IMG/VR virus record: IMGVR_UViG_3300044695_006401
Strand: one strand, 5' to 3'
DNA: 64,000 bases
DNA from: a virus
Taxonomy: Duplodnaviria; Caudoviricetes
The notes under the pieces are model-generated. The model was not told where the DNA came from. It saw nothing but the letters and a program-made list of their open reading frames with translations, and made no database searches. The position numbers and the translations under genes are program-made. Shown here piece by piece: positions 27,754-39,900 of the stretch (positions are counted from its first letter, which is position 1; each line of letters begins with the position of its first letter).

Positions 27754-30700
27754 TCATACTAATTCAATCCAATCTTGTGAAGGATTAAAGTAAATTATAT
27801 CAGCTGAAATCGCATAACCAACAACTCTTACTATGTCACTAGTGCCCGATGGTTGAGTGGATGTTATATCTCCATCGGTAGTTGATAAATACAACACTTG
27901 ACCTGGAGTCCAGTTCCATGCCGATCTATATGCATAACCTCGTAACATCATACCCGAGTTGAATTGAACACCTATCGCCATTCCAAGTAGACCCTGAGCG
28001 GTTGCAGAACTATCAGCATCCGCAAGTGCCCATGCTGAACCACTTGTCCAATAGTATACATTATATTTAGTTGAGGTTCCGCTACCACCAAATGTTACAA
28101 GTTCGCCATAATAATCATCGATAGTCATGAGTGTGGTCGGATCAGTCGCTAATCTCCATTCACCCTCTAATAAGGTTGTTGAACTAGTATTAGCTCTAAA
28201 CAAGTTAGCACCTGTATTAATGGTAAAGGCGGCACTTGAGTTCGCTGAATTCGATGTACCGTTTGCAACTAAAATATTATTAGCAGTAGTTGGAGAAATT
28301 GATGTAAATCCTGCACCTTGGGCCCCTTGTGCCCCCTGTGGACCAGGACCTCCCGTTGCACCTTGAGCCCCTTGGGCTCCAGTTGCCCCTAATCCCGCAG
28401 GTCCAGTTGGTCCTTGTGCTCCTTGAGGTCCAGGTCCGCCTGTCGCTCCTTGTGCTCCTTGAGGTCCAGGACCGCCTGTAGCTCCTTGTGCTCCTTGAGG
28501 TCCAGGACCACCTGTTGCTCCTTGAGCTCCGGTCGCTCCTTGGGCACCTTGAGGTCCAGGTCCGCCTGTTGCTCCTTGTGCACCTTGAGGTCCAGGTCCG
28601 CCTGTTGCTCCTTGGGCACCTTGAGGTCCAGGTCCGCCTGTTGCTCCTTGAGCTCCGGTCGCTCCTTGTGCACCTTGAGGTCCAGGTCCGCCTGTTGCTC
28701 CTTGTGCTCCGGTTGCTCCTTGTGCTCCGTTAACTCCGCTAGTTCCATTTGTTCCTGAAGTACCAGCAGCACCTTGTGCTCCGGTTGCTCCTTGTGCTCC
28801 AGTTGCTCCTTGTGCTCCGGTTGCTCCTTGTGCTCCGTTAACGCCTGAAGTACCTCTCGTACCGCTAGTTCCATTTGTTCCTGAAGTACCAGCGGCCCCT
28901 TGTGCTCCGGTTGCTCCTTGTGCTCCAGTTGCTCCTTGTGCTCCGTTAACTCCGCTAGTTCCATTTGTTCCTGAAGTACCAGCGGCCCCTTGTGCTCCGG
29001 TTGCTCCTTGTGCTCCAGTTGCTCCTTGTGCTCCGTTAACTCCGCTAGTTCCATTTGTTCCTGAAGTGCCAGCGGCTCCTTGTGCTCCAGTTGCACCTTG
29101 TGCTCCAGTCGCTCCTTGTGCTCCGTTAACTCCGCTAGTTCCATTTGTTCCTGAAGTGCCAGCAGCTCCTTGTGCTCCAGTTGCACCTTGTGCTCCGGTT
29201 GCTCCTTGTGCTCCGGTTGCTCCTTGTGCTCCGTTAACTCCGCTAGTTCCATTTGTTCCTGAAGTACCAGCAGCACCTTGTGCTCCGGTTGCTCCTTGTG
29301 CTCCAGTTGCTCCTTGTGCTCCGGTTGCTCCTTGTGCTCCGTTAACGCCTGAAGTACCTCTCGTACCGCTAGTTCCATTTGTTCCTGAAGTACCAGCGGC
29401 CCCTTGTGCTCCGGTTGCTCCTTGTGCTCCAGTTGCTCCTTGTGCTCCGTTAACTCCGCTAGTTCCATTTGTTCCTGAAGTACCAGCGGCCCCTTGTGCT
29501 CCGGTTGCTCCTTGTGCTCCAGTTGCTCCTTGTGCTCCGTTAACTCCGCTAGTTCCATTTGTTCCTGAAGTGCCAGCGGCTCCTTGTGCTCCAGTTGCAC
29601 CTTGTGCTCCAGTCGCTCCTTGTGCTCCGTTAACTCCGCTAGTTCCATTTGTTCCTGAAGTACCAGCGGCTCCTTGTGCTCCAGTTGCTCCTTGTGCTCC
29701 GTTAACACCTGATGTTCCTCTCGTACCGCTAGTACCGTTTGTTCCTGAAGTCCCATTCGTTCCATTTGTACCTGACGTTCCGTTAGTCCCGTTTGTTCCA
29801 TTTGTCCCGTTAGTACCTGACGTACCATTTGTTCCGCTAGTACCGTTTGTTCCTGACGTTCCATTTGTACCGTTTGTACCTGAAGTACCATTGGTTCCAC
29901 TTGTGCCGTTAGTTCCGTTAGTACCTGAAGTTCCATTTGTACCATTTGTTCCCGAAGTTCCGTTAGTTCCTGATGTGCCATTTGTTCCTGATGTTCCATT
30001 TGTACCACTTGTGCCGTTTGTTCCTGATGTTCCATTAGTACCATTGGTACCTGATGTTCCGTTTGTACCATTCGTCCCATTAGTTCCTGACGTTCCGTTT
30101 GTGCCATTCGTTCCTGATGTACCTCTTGTACCTGACGTACCGTTTGTTCCATTCGTTCCGCTAGTACCATTTGTTCCTGAAGTTCCGTTGGTTCCATTAG
30201 TCCCCGATGTTCCATTGGTTCCGTTGGTACCTGATGTGCCATTAGTTCCATTTGTTCCTGATGTTCCGTTTGTACCATTAGTACCTGAAGTGCCGGCAGC
30301 ACCTTGAGCTCCCTGAGGTCCAGTTGGTCCTTGTGCTCCCTGAGGTCCAGTCGCGCCTTGTGCTCCAACCGCACCTTGAGCTCCCTGAGGTCCAGTTGCG
30401 CCTTGTGCTCCGTTTACTCCTGATGTACCATTAGTACCTGAAGTACCCGCAGCCCCTTGAGCTCCTTGTGGTCCAGTCGCCCCTTGAGCGCCTTGTGGTC
30501 CAGTGGCACCTTGTGCCCCATTTACTCCTGATGTTCCGTTTGTCCCCGATGTACCATTTGTACCATTAAGACCACTTACTCCCGAAGTACCATTAGTTCC
30601 TGATGTACCATTAGTTCCGTTCGTACCTGAAGTCCCATTAGTACCATTAGTTCCCGAAGTTCCGTTTGTTCCATTAGTTCCTGATGTTCCTCTTGTCCCT

Positions 30701-33700
30701 GAAGTTCCATTGGTTCCTGAAGTGCCGTTTGTTCCACTAGTACCATTTGTACCATTAGTTCCTGATGTTCCGTTTGTTCCACTAGTACCATTTGTTCCAC
30801 TAGTACCATTTGTACCTGAAGTACCATTTGTCCCATTCGTTCCGCTAGTTCCGTTAGTTCCATTAGTACCGCTAGTTCCGTTCGTTCCTGATGTACCGTT
30901 TGTACCATTAGTTCCGTTAGTTCCTGAAGTTCCATTTGTACCGTTTGTTCCACTTGTACCATTTGTCCCCGAAGTCCCGTTGGTTCCATTAGTTCCTGAT
31001 GTTCCTCGTGTCCCTGATGTTCCATTCGTTCCGCTAGTACCGTTAGTTCCCGATGTTCCATTAGTACCGTTGGTGCCACTTGAACCATTCGTTCCCGATG
31101 TTCCATTAGTACCGCTCGTACCGTTAGTACCATTCGTTCCACTAGTACCGTTAGTTCCCGAAGTACCGTTAGTACCTGAAGTCCCATTAGTTCCATTTGT
31201 TCCTGAAGTACCATTAGTACCGTTTGTACCTGAAGTACCATTAGTTCCACTTGACCCGTTTGTCCCTGAAGTACCATTTGTCCCACTAGTTCCATTTGTT
31301 CCTGATGTACCATTGGTTCCATTTGTTCCCGATGTACCGTTTGTACCTGATGTTCCATTAGTTCCTGAAGTACCATTCGTGCCTGAGGTTCCATTTGTTC
31401 CGTTAGTTCCGCTTGTACCATTAGTCCCGTTTGTGCCTGATGTTCCATTAGTTCCGCTTGTACCATTAGTCCCGTTAGTACCATTTGTACCGGATGTTCC
31501 TCTTGTGCCAGAAGTCCCGTTCGTTCCGCTAGTACCGTTTGTACCATTCGTTCCTGAAGTTCCATTTGTGCCTGATGTGCCGTTAGTTCCATTGGTTCCC
31601 GAAGTTCCATTAGTACCTGAAGTACCATTTGTCCCGTTTGTACCGCTAGTACCATTAGTTCCCGATGTTCCATTAGTACCATTCGTACCTGAGGTTCCAT
31701 TTACACCACTTGTTCCATTTGTTCCGTTTGTACCAGAAGTCCCATTAGTTCCACTTGTACCGTTGGTTCCACTTGAACCATTTGTTCCTGAAGTCCCGTT
31801 GGTACCATTTGTTCCTGAAGTCCCGTTGGTACCATTTGTTCCGTTAGTTCCTGATGTTCCATTCGTTCCGCTAGTACCGTTAGTTCCATTAGTACCTGAT
31901 GTTCCGTTAGTACCACTCGTACCATTTGTACCGTTAGTTCCTGAAGTTCCATTAGTACCGCTTGTTCCGTTAGTTCCTGAAGTACCATTCGTGCCTGAGG
32001 TTCCATTTGTTCCGTTTGTACCACTAGTACCGTTCGTACCATTCGTTCCGTTAGTACCTGAAGTTCCGTTTGTACCGGATGTTCCATTAGTACCGCTAGT
32101 ACCATTAGTTCCATTTGTTCCGTTCGTACCCGATGTTCCGTTCGTACCATTCGTTCCTGATGTTCCTCTTGTACCACTAGTGCCATTTGTTCCTGAAGTA
32201 CCGTTAGTTCCGTTTGTACCTGATGTGCCGTTTGTTCCTGAAGTTCCATTGGTCCCGTTAGTTCCTGAAGTACCATTTGTACCGGATGTTCCATTAGTAC
32301 CGTTTGTTCCATTGGTTCCTGAAGTTCCATTTGTTCCACTAGTTCCATTGGTACCGTTAGTTCCTGAAGTACCATTTGTTCCATTAGTCCCTGATGTTCC
32401 GTTAGTTCCAGATGTTCCATTTGTCCCGCTAGTTCCGTTTGTACCGCTAGTTCCGTTTGTTCCATTAGTCCCTGATGTACCATTTGTACCCGAAGTTCCA
32501 TTAGTTCCTGATGTACCATTTGTGCCAGATGTTCCGTTTGTTCCATTAGTTCCTGATGTACCGTTTGTTCCTGAAGTACCATTCGTTCCGTTTGTACCGC
32601 TAGTACCATTCGTTCCTGAAGTACCATTCGTTCCACTTGTACCATTTGTACCATTCGTTCCGCTAGTCCCGTTTGTTCCACTAGTACCATTCGTACCGTT
32701 AGTTCCAGATGTTCCGTTAGTTCCAGATGTTCCGTTGGTTCCGTTCGTTCCTGAAGTTCCATTCGTACCATTTGTCCCTGATGTTCCTCTTGTTCCTGAA
32801 GTTCCATTCGTACCTGAAGTTCCGTTAGTTCCGCTAGTTCCATTCGTACCATTTGTCCCGTTGGTTCCTGATGTTCCATTAGTACCATTCGTACCGCTAG
32901 TTCCATTTGTTCCTGATGTTCCATTAGTACCATTCGTACCGCTAGTCCCATTTGTTCCTGATGTACCATTGGTTCCATTTGTTCCTGACGATCCATTAGT
33001 TCCGTTTGTTCCTGACGATCCATTCGTACCATTTGTGCCAGATGTTCCGTTAGTTCCACTAGTTCCATTCGTACCGTTTGTTCCGCTTGTTCCATTGGTC
33101 CCGTTTGTTCCCGAAGTACCATTTGTGCCTGAAGTACCATTTGTACCATTCGTTCCGCTAGTTCCATTCGTACCGCTAGTTCCATTCGTACCGCTAGTTC
33201 CGTTTGTTCCATTAGTCCCTGATGTACCGTTGGTTCCGCTAGTTCCATTTGTACCATTTGTCCCACTAGTGCCATTAGTTCCATTGGTACCGTTTGTTCC
33301 TGATGTTCCTCTTGTTCCTGAAGTTCCGTTTGTTCCACTAGTACCATTCGTACCATTTGTACCGCTAGTTCCATTTGTACCGCTAGTTCCATTTGTTCCT
33401 GATGTCCCGTTTGTACCGTTAGTTCCTGAAGTACCATTCGTTCCGCTAGTTCCATTTGTACCTGATGTACCATTTGTTCCTGATGTTCCGTTCGTACCGT
33501 TAGTGCCTGAAGTACCATTCGTTCCGCTAGTACCATTCGTACCATTCGTGCCTGATGTACCATTCGTGCCGTTCGTTCCAGAAGTTCCGTTTGTTCCATT
33601 CGTTCCGCTAGTTCCGTTTGTACCATTAGTTCCCGATGTTCCGTTTGTTCCGCTAGACCCGTTTGTTCCATTTGTACCTGAAGTCCCATTCGTTCCGCTA

Positions 33701-36700
33701 GTACCATTCGTACCATTTGTACCTGAAGTACCATTGGTTCCGTTTGTACCACTTGAACCATTTGTTCCGCTAGTACCGTTAGTTCCTGATGTTCCATTGG
33801 TCCCGTTTGTACCTGAAGTACCATTGGTTCCTGATGTTCCATTGGTCCCGTTTGTTCCGCTAGTGCCATTCGTACCGTTAGTTCCCGATGTTCCGTTAGT
33901 TCCTGATGTACCATTAGTTCCATTTGTACCATTAGTCCCACTTGTTCCGTTAGTACCGTTCGTTCCTGATGTTCCATTTGTACCATTAGTTCCTGAAGTT
34001 CCGTTGGTTCCGTTTGTACCATTCGTACCTGAAGTTCCATTCGTACCATTAGTCCCTGATGTTCCTCTTGTTCCTGAAGTACCGTTGGTACCGCTTGAAC
34101 CATTTGTTCCGTTTGTTCCCGATGTCCCATTAGTACCATTTGTACCTGAAGTACCATTAGTTCCGCTAGTTCCGTTTGTACCTGATGTTCCATTCGTACC
34201 ATTGGTTCCTGACGTTCCGTTAGTACCATTTGTACCTGAAGTTCCATTAGTTCCTGATGTTCCGTTAGTACCATTTGTACCTGAAGTTCCATTTGTACCT
34301 GAAGTTCCATTAGTTCCAGATGTTCCGTTTGTTCCATTGGTCCCACTTGTACCATTAGTTCCGTTTGTTCCGCTAGTGCCATTAGTACCCGAAGTTCCGT
34401 TGGTTCCTGAAGTACCGTTCGTACCATTTGTTCCTGAAGTCCCATTCGTACCGTTTGTACCCGATGTTCCGTTTGTACCGTTAGTACCACTTGAACCATT
34501 CGTTCCGCTAGTTCCATTAGTTCCGTTGGTACCTGAAGTACCATTTGTTCCGCTAGTACCATTCGTACCATTTGTTCCTGAAGTTCCTCTTGTCCCTGAT
34601 GTTCCGTTAGTTCCGGAAGTACCATTTGTTCCGTTTGTACCCGAAGTACCGTTTGTACCCGATGTTCCGTTAGTTCCATTAGTGCCTGACGTACCGTTAG
34701 TTCCGTTGGTTCCGTTCGTTCCTGAAGTTCCATTTGTACCGTTAGTACCTGATGTACCGTTGGTACCATTCGTACCGCTAGTCCCATTAGTACCATTGGT
34801 CCCGCTCGTACCATTAGTTCCTGATGTTCCATTAGTTCCGTTGGTACCTGAAGTTCCATTCGTTCCTGATGATCCATTAGTACCATTAGTACCGCTTGAT
34901 CCATTTGTTCCATTCGTACCTGAAGTACCGTTAGTTCCCGATGTACCGTTAGTTCCTGATGTACCATTCGTACCATTTGTTCCACTTGTACCGTTCGTTC
35001 CATTTGTTCCCGAAGTTCCATTAGTTCCACTAGTTCCATTAGTTCCGTTTGTACCATTTGTTCCTGAGGTTCCATTAGTACCGCTAGTACCATTCGTTCC
35101 GTTAGTTCCTGATGTACCATTGGTCCCGCTCGTACCGTTGGTTCCCGAAGTTCCATTTGTACCATTCGTACCTGAAGTTCCGTTTGTACCATTAGTACCT
35201 GATGTGCCGTTTGTTCCTGAAGTTCCGTTTGTTCCTGAGGTACCATTTGTGCCTGAAGTCCCATTGGTTCCGTTTGTACCCGATGTTCCGTTAGTTCCAT
35301 TAGTGCCACTTGTCCCATTAGTTCCATTCGTACCGTTTGTTCCCGAAGTTCCGTTAGTTCCTGACGATCCATTTGTGCCGTTAGTACCTGAAGTACCGTT
35401 TGTTCCGCTCGTACCATTAGTACCATTCGTTCCTGATGTGCCATTAGTACCATTCGTTCCTGATGTACCGTTTGTTCCACTGGTTCCATTAGTTCCTGAA
35501 GTTCCGTTGGTGCCCGATGTTCCATTAGTCCCATTCGTTCCTGAGGTACCGTTTGTTCCGTTTGTACCTGAAGTTCCACGAGTACCTGAAGTCCCATTAG
35601 TCCCCGAAGTACCATTAGTCCCACTTGTTCCATTAGTACCGTTCGTACCTGAAGTTCCATTAGTACCGTTCGTACCTGAAGTTCCGTTTGTGCCGCTAGT
35701 ACCATTCGTTCCTGATGTACCATTCGTACCATTTGTACCTGATGTTCCATTCGTCCCATTAGTTCCGGATGTTCCGTTAGTACCATTTGTTCCATTGGTA
35801 CCTGAAGTACCATTAGTACCATTAGTTCCATTTGTTCCCGATGTACCATTTGTACCGTTAGTACCATTTGTTCCTGAAGTTCCATTAGTACCGTTCGTGC
35901 CTGATGTACCATTCGTTCCGTTTGTTCCATTAGTCCCGCTAGTCCCGTTTGTACCATTAGTTCCATTTGTTCCACTAGTTCCATTTGTTCCTGATGTCCC
36001 GTTGGTACCATTCGTTCCGCTAGTTCCATTTGTTCCTGATGTACCATTGGTTCCATTTGTTCCTGATGTACCATTTGTACCGCTAGATCCATTGGTTCCT
36101 GATGTACCATCAGTACCTGAAGTACCTCTAGTTCCTGAAGTCCCGTTTGTACCATTAGTGCCTGATGTTCCGTTCGTACCAGATGTCCCATTTGTGCCTG
36201 AAGTTCCATTAGTCCCGTTGGTTCCTGAAGTACCGTTTGTTCCATTAGTTCCTGAGGTTCCATTTGTACCATTCGTCCCTGAAGTCCCATTCGTTCCGCT
36301 AGTACCATTTGTACCGTTGGTGCCTGATGTTCCATTAGTTCCTGAAGTACCATTCGTACCATTGGTCCCTGATGTTCCATTTGTACCGTTGGTACCATTA
36401 GTGCCTGAAGTACCTCTTGTTCCTGATGTCCCATTAGTTCCGCTAGTACCATTTGTGCCTGAGGTTCCGTTTGTACCACTGGTACCATTGGTACCATTTG
36501 TACCCGAAGTCCCATCGGCACCCGCAATGTCCCAATTTGATCCATCACTTTGTACGGTTATTGAGCCATATTGTGTTAAAGTTTTTGTTGAGCTACCATC
36601 TATAGTTTGACCTCCTGTTGTTGCAAGAGTAATTGTTCCTGATCCACTATTTTTGATGACAAAAATTTGTCCCGCAATACCAACAGATGTCGGTAAGGTG

Positions 36701-36837
36701 ACCGTAAATGTACCTGTGGTACAATCTACAAGATAATTACTTCGATTAATTGTGTATGTCGTGGTAACCGCACTATACGGAAATAATACCCCACCTAAAG
36801 ATTTGACCCCATTACGGGCTACGAATTCATTTGACAT
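27754..36837 (-). CDS. giant collagen-like fibre protein A (3027 aa)
   Basis: About 105-aa N-terminal beta domain, about 2740 residues of Gly-X-Y, C-terminal domain resembling capsid cement/decoration fold. Confidence 0.88.
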   Translation of the reverse strand: MSNEFVARNGVKSLGGVLFPYSAVTTTYTINRSNYLVDCTTGTFTVTLPTSVGIAGQIFVIKNSGSGTITLATTGGQTIDGSSTKTLTQYGSITVQSDGSNWDIAGADGTSGTNGTNGTSGTNGTSGTNGTSGTNGTSGTRGTSGTNGTNGTNGTSGTNGTNGTSGTNGTSGTNGTNGTSGTNGTSGTNGTNGTSGTNGTNGTSGTNGTNGTSGTNGTSGTNGTSGTNGTNGTSGTRGTSGTDGTSGTNGSSGTNGTSGTNGTNGTSGTNGTSGTNGTNGTSGTNGTSGTNGTNGTNGTSGTNGTNGTNGTSGTNGTNGTSGTNGTNGTNGTSGTNGTNGTNGTSGTNGTNGTNGTSGTNGTNGTSGTNGTNGTSGTNGTSGTNGTSGTNGTNGTSGTNGTNGTSGTNGTSGTNGTSGTRGTSGTNGTNGTSGTNGTNGTSGTNGTSGTNGTSGTNGTSGTNGTNGTSGTNGTNGTSGTNGTSGTNGTNGSSGTNGTSGTNGTNGTNGTSGTNGTNGTSGTNGTNGTSGTNGTSGTNGTSGTNGTSGTNGTNGTSGTNGTNGTSGTNGTSGTNGTSGTNGTNGTSGTNGTSGTNGTNGTNGTSGTNGTSGTNGTNGTSGTNGTNGTSGTNGTSGTNGTSGTNGTNGSSGTNGTNGSSGTNGTSGTNGTNGTSGTNGTSGTNGTNGTSGTNGTNGTSGTNGTNGTSGTNGTNGTNGTSGTNGTNGTSGTNGTSGTNGTNGTSGTNGTSGTRGTSGTNGTNGTSGTNGTSGTNGTNGTSGTNGSSGTNGTNGTSGTNGTNGTSGTNGTNGTSGTNGTSGTNGTSGTNGTNGTSGTNGTNGTSGTNGTSGTNGTSGTNGTNGTSGTNGTSGTNGTNGTSGTNGTNGTSGTNGTSGTNGTSGTNGTNGTSGTNGTNGSSGTNGTSGTRGTSGTNGTNGTSGTNGTNGTNGTSGTNGTNGTSGTNGTNGTSGTNGTNGTNGTSGTNGTSGTNGTNGTSGTNGTNGTSGTNGTSGTNGTNGTSGTNGTSGTNGSSGTNGTNGTSGTNGTNGTSGTNGTSGTNGTNGSSGTNGTSGTNGTNGTSGTNGTNGTSGTNGTNGTSGTNGTNGTSGTNGTSGTNGTNGTSGTNGTSGTNGTSGTNGTSGTNGTNGTSGTNGTSGTNGTSGTNGTNGTSGTNGTSGTRGTSGTNGTNGTNGTSGTNGTNGTSGTNGTSGTNGTNGTSGTNGTSGTNGTSGTNGTNGTSGTNGTSGTNGTNGTSGTNGTNGTSGTNGTSGTNGTNGSSGTNGTNGSSGTNGTNGTSGTNGTSGTNGTNGTSGTNGTSGTNGTNGTSGTNGTNGTNGTSGTNGTSGTNGTSGTRGTSGTNGTNGTSGTNGTNGTSGTNGTSGTNGTNGTSGTNGTSGTNGTNGTSGTNGTSGTNGTSGTNGTNGTSGTNGTSGTNGTNGTSGTNGTSGTNGTSGTNGTSGTNGTNGTSGTNGTSGTNGTSGTNGTSGTNGTNGTSGTNGTNGTSGTNGTSGTNGTNGTNGTSGTNGTSGTNGTNGTSGTNGTSGTNGTNGTSGTNGTSGTRGTSGTNGTNGTSGTNGTNGTNGTSGTNGTSGTNGTSGTNGTNGTNGTSGTNGTNGTSGTNGTSGTNGTSGTNGTSGTNGTNGTSGTNGTSGTNGTNGTSGTNGTSGTNGTNGTNGTSGTNGTNGTSGTNGSSGTNGTSGTNGTSGTNGTNGTSGVNGTSGTNGTNGTSGTNGTSGTNGTNGTSGTNGTSGTNGTNGTSGTNGTSGTNGTNGTSGTNGTSGTRGTSGTNGTNGTNGTSGTNGTSGTNGTNGTSGTNGTNGTSGTNGTSGTNGTSGTNGTSGTNGTNGTSGTNGTSGTNGTSGTNGSSGTNGTSGTNGTNGTSGTNGTNGTSGTNGTSGTNGTSGTNGTNGTSGTNGTSGTNGSSGTNGTNGTSGTNGTSGTNGTSGTRGTSGTNGTNGTSGTNGTSGTNGTNGTSGTNGTNGTNGTSGTNGTSGTNGTNGTSGTNGTNGTSGTNGTSGTNGTSGTNGTSGTNGTNGTSGTNGTSGTNGTSGTRGTSGTNGTNGTSGTNGTNGTSGTNGTNGTSGTNGTSGVSGLNGTNGTSGTNGTSGVNGAQGATGPQGAQGATGPQGAQGAAGTSGTNGTSGVNGAQGATGPQGAQGAVGAQGATGPQGAQGPTGPQGAQGAAGTSGTNGTNGTSGTNGTNGTSGTNGTNGTSGTNGTNGTSGTNGTSGTNGTNGTSGTRGTSGTNGTNGTSGTNGTNGTNGTSGTNGTNGTSGTNGTSGTNGTSGTNGTSGTNGTSGTNGTNGTSGTNGTNGTSGTNGTSGTNGTNGTSGTNGTSGTNGTSGTNGTNGTNGTNGTSGTNGTNGTSGTNGTSGTRGTSGVNGAQGATGAQGAAGTSGTNGTSGVNGAQGATGAQGATGAQGAAGTSGTNGTSGVNGAQGATGAQGATGAQGAAGTSGTNGTSGVNGAQGATGAQGATGAQGAAGTSGTNGTSGTRGTSGVNGAQGATGAQGATGAQGATGAQGAAGTSGTNGTSGVNGAQGATGAQGATGAQGATGAQGAAGTSGTNGTSGVNGAQGATGAQGATGAQGAAGTSGTNGTSGVNGAQGATGAQGATGAQGAAGTSGTNGTSGVNGAQGATGAQGATGAQGAAGTSGTNGTSGTRGTSGVNGAQGATGAQGATGAQGATGAQGAAGTSGTNGTSGVNGAQGATGAQGATGGPGPQGAQGATGAQGATGGPGPQGAQGATGGPGPQGAQGATGGPGPQGAQGATGAQGATGGPGPQGAQGATGGPGPQGAQGATGGPGPQGAQGPTGPAGLGATGAQGAQGATGGPGPQGAQGAQGAGFTSISPTTANNILVANGTSNSANSSAAFTINTGANLFRANTSSTTLLEGEWRLATDPTTLMTIDDYYGELVTFGGSGTSTKYNVYYWTSGSAWALADADSSATAQGLLGMAIGVQFNSGMMLRGYAYRSAWNWTPGQVLYLSTTDGDITSTQPSGTSDIVRVVGYAISADIIYFNPSQDWIELV
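28309..36522 (-). repeat. Gly-X-Y repeat region (GTN/GTS dominant; GAQ/GAT/GPQ blocks toward C-terminus)
   Basis: Gly every third residue, essentially unbroken by eye apart from a GL interruption near the end. Confidence 0.95.
28694..29660 (-). repeat. 504-bp-period near-exact tandem duplication inside fibre A
   Basis: Marker ctccgttaac at 28725/28833/28941/29031/29121 recurs at +504 (29229/29337/29445/29535/29625). Confidence 0.8.
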
Positions 36838-36946
36838 CTATTTTTTCTTTTTTCCCTCTCCAAAAGAAAACCCTTTGATTTATGTTTTATAGATAAATAT
36901 TACCTGAGTAAAGTTTATCCACCAAAAAGAAAAATTAAATAATTAT

Positions 36947-39900
36947 TTAGAATATAATTCTTGTTGAAACAAGTATAGTCCATGTTCCTCCACCTATAGC
37001 GCAAGCTAATTCGACACTACCACCAGAAACCTGAACTTTCCAAACAAAATTTGCCGTGGAACCACCCAAATCAGGACTTGATACATCGGTACCATCCCCA
37101 TTCGTGTTATTCCATACTGCGTACACTTGACCTATCCTTTTTGCTCCACCATTTTCAGTAACACAATATTCAAATATAGCACCACACCCAATATCAGTAC
37201 CGTAAGATTCAACAACTTGTCCAGAAGAGATATTCGTCAAACTTGTTGTATTAACTAAACTGTGTGTAGAATTAAGAGTTAAAGTACCATCAGATCCGTT
37301 ATATGTAAATCCAGATTCAGCAACAATATTACCAGACCCATCCGAAGTTAGTACCTCGTTGTCAGCCCCAGGAACTATAGGTGTAGTACCACTTGTTCCA
37401 TTCGTTCCGTTAGTTCCTGATGTACCGTTAGTCCCGCTAGTTCCATTTGTTCCAGAAGTACCATTAGTTCCTGATGTTCCATTAGTCCCTGAAGTTCCGT
37501 TTGTACCTGAAGTACCATTCGTACCGTTAGTACCTGATGTACCATTAGTTCCCGATGTCCCGTTAGTCCCGTTTGTTCCCGAAGTACCATTCGTACCGCT
37601 AGTTCCGTTAGTTCCACTCGTACCATTCGTACCGCTAGTTCCATTTGTTCCGTTAGTTCCACTCGTACCATTCGTACCGCTAGTTCCATTTGTTCCGTTA
37701 GTTCCACTCGTACCATTCGTACCATTGGTACCGCTAGTCCCATTTGTCCCACTAGTTCCGTTCGTCCCATTAGTCCCGTTAGTACCTGAAGTACCATTTG
37801 TACCATTTGTTCCAGAAGTACCGTTTGTACCTGATGTTCCGTTGGTTCCATTTGTTCCGTTTGTTCCTGAAGTACCGTTTGTACCGTTGGTTCCACTTGT
37901 CCCATTAGTCCCTGAGGTTCCATTTGTACCATTTGTTCCAGAAGTACCGTTTGTACCTGATGTACCATTTGTTCCCGAAGTACCATTAGTACCGTTTGTT
38001 CCTGATGTTCCGTTAGTACCGTTGGTACCACTAGTTCCATTAGTCCCTGAGGTTCCGTTAGTTCCATTCGTTCCGCTAGTTCCATTCGTTCCGCTAGTTC
38101 CGTTTGTACCTGATGTTCCGTTTGTTCCATTAGTTCCTGAAGTTCCATTCGTTCCGCTAGTTCCGTTTGTACCATTCGTCCCTGAAGTTCCATTGGTACC
38201 TGAGGTACCGTTTGTCCCATTCGTTCCGCTAGTACCATTAGTTCCTGATGTTCCGTTAGTTCCATTCGTTCCTGATGTACCATTTGTTCCATTAGTCCCT
38301 GACGTTCCGTTTGTACCATTTGTACCTGACGATCCATTAGTCCCTGAAGTTCCGTTTGTACCTGATGTACCGTTTGTACCATTCGTCCCTGAAGTTCCAT
38401 TGGTTCCACTTGAACCATTTGTTCCGTTAGTTCCTGAAGTACCGTTAGTACCGTTCGTTCCCGATGTTCCGTTTGTTCCACTAGTACCATTAGTTCCTGA
38501 AGTCCCATTCGTTCCGTTTGTACCTGATGTTCCGTTTGTTCCATTAGTTCCTGAAGTACCGTTAGTACCCGATGTTCCGTTTGTTCCTGATGTTCCATTT
38601 GTACCTGAAGTACCATTAGTTCCATTTGTACCTGAAGTTCCATTAGTACCTGATGTTCCATTAGTACCATTTGTTCCTGAAGTTCCATTAGTACCATTTG
38701 TTCCTGAAGTTCCGTTAGTACCTGAAGTACCATTAGTTCCGTTAGTTCCTGACGTTCCGTTCGTTCCTGATGTACCATTAGTTCCTGAAGTTCCATTCGT
38801 ACCGTTAGTTCCGCTAGTACCATTCGTACCGCTTGTTCCGTTAGTCCCCGAAGTTCCATTGGTTCCATTAGTACCTGATGTTCCATTAGTACCTGATGTT
38901 CCGTTTGTACCTGATGTTCCATTTGTACCATTAGTCCCACTTGTACCGTTTGTACCATTTGTCCCGCTAGTTCCATTAGTACCTGAAGTTCCGTTTGTTC
39001 CTGAAGTTCCATTAGTACCGTTAGTTCCTGACGTTCCGTTAGTTCCGTTTGTTCCCGATGTTCCATTAGTACCATTTGTTCCACTTGTGCCGTTAGTACC
39101 GTTAGTTCCTGAAGTACCATTTGTTCCGCTAGTTCCGTTAGTACCATTCGTTCCACTAGTACCATTAGTTCCGTTTGTTCCCGATGTTCCATTCGTTCCA
39201 CTAGTACCATTAGTTCCCGAAGTACCATTAGTACCATTAGTTCCTGATGTTCCATTTGTACCTGAGGTTCCATTTGTTCCATTTGTTCCGCTAGTGCCGT
39301 TTGTACCTGAAGTTCCGTTAGTTCCTGAAGTTCCATTTGTACCATTTGTACCGCTAGTTCCATTTGTCCCATTCGTACCTGAGGTACCATTTGTTCCACT
39401 TGTACCATTTGTTCCATTTGTACCTGAAGTGCCGTTTGTTCCGTTGGTTCCTGAAGTTCCGTTTGTCCCATTGGTACCATTTGTTCCTGAAGTTCCGTTT
39501 GTACCTGAAGTACCATTAGTTCCACTCGTACCATTAGTTCCCGATGTTCCATTGGTGCCGTTAGTCCCATTCGTTCCACTAGTTCCGTTAGTTCCATTTG
39601 TACCTGATGTGCCGTTAGTACCATTTGTTCCAGAAGTCCCGTTAGTACCTGAAGTACCATTAGTCCCGTTAGTACCAGAAGTTCCGTTTGTACCACTAGT
39701 TCCATTAGTTCCACTAGTTCCATTAGTTCCATTAGTTCCACTAGTTCCTGAAGATCCATTTGTACCATTAGTACCTGAAGTTGATGTGTAAGCAACCGCA
39801 GCAACTCCGATGTTCTTGATAGTTACTATAATTGATGGTGCCGCAGGTGCTATGTAAGGTGATGTTTGAGCCGCCTCCGCTGTCAATTGGACATCTTCTG

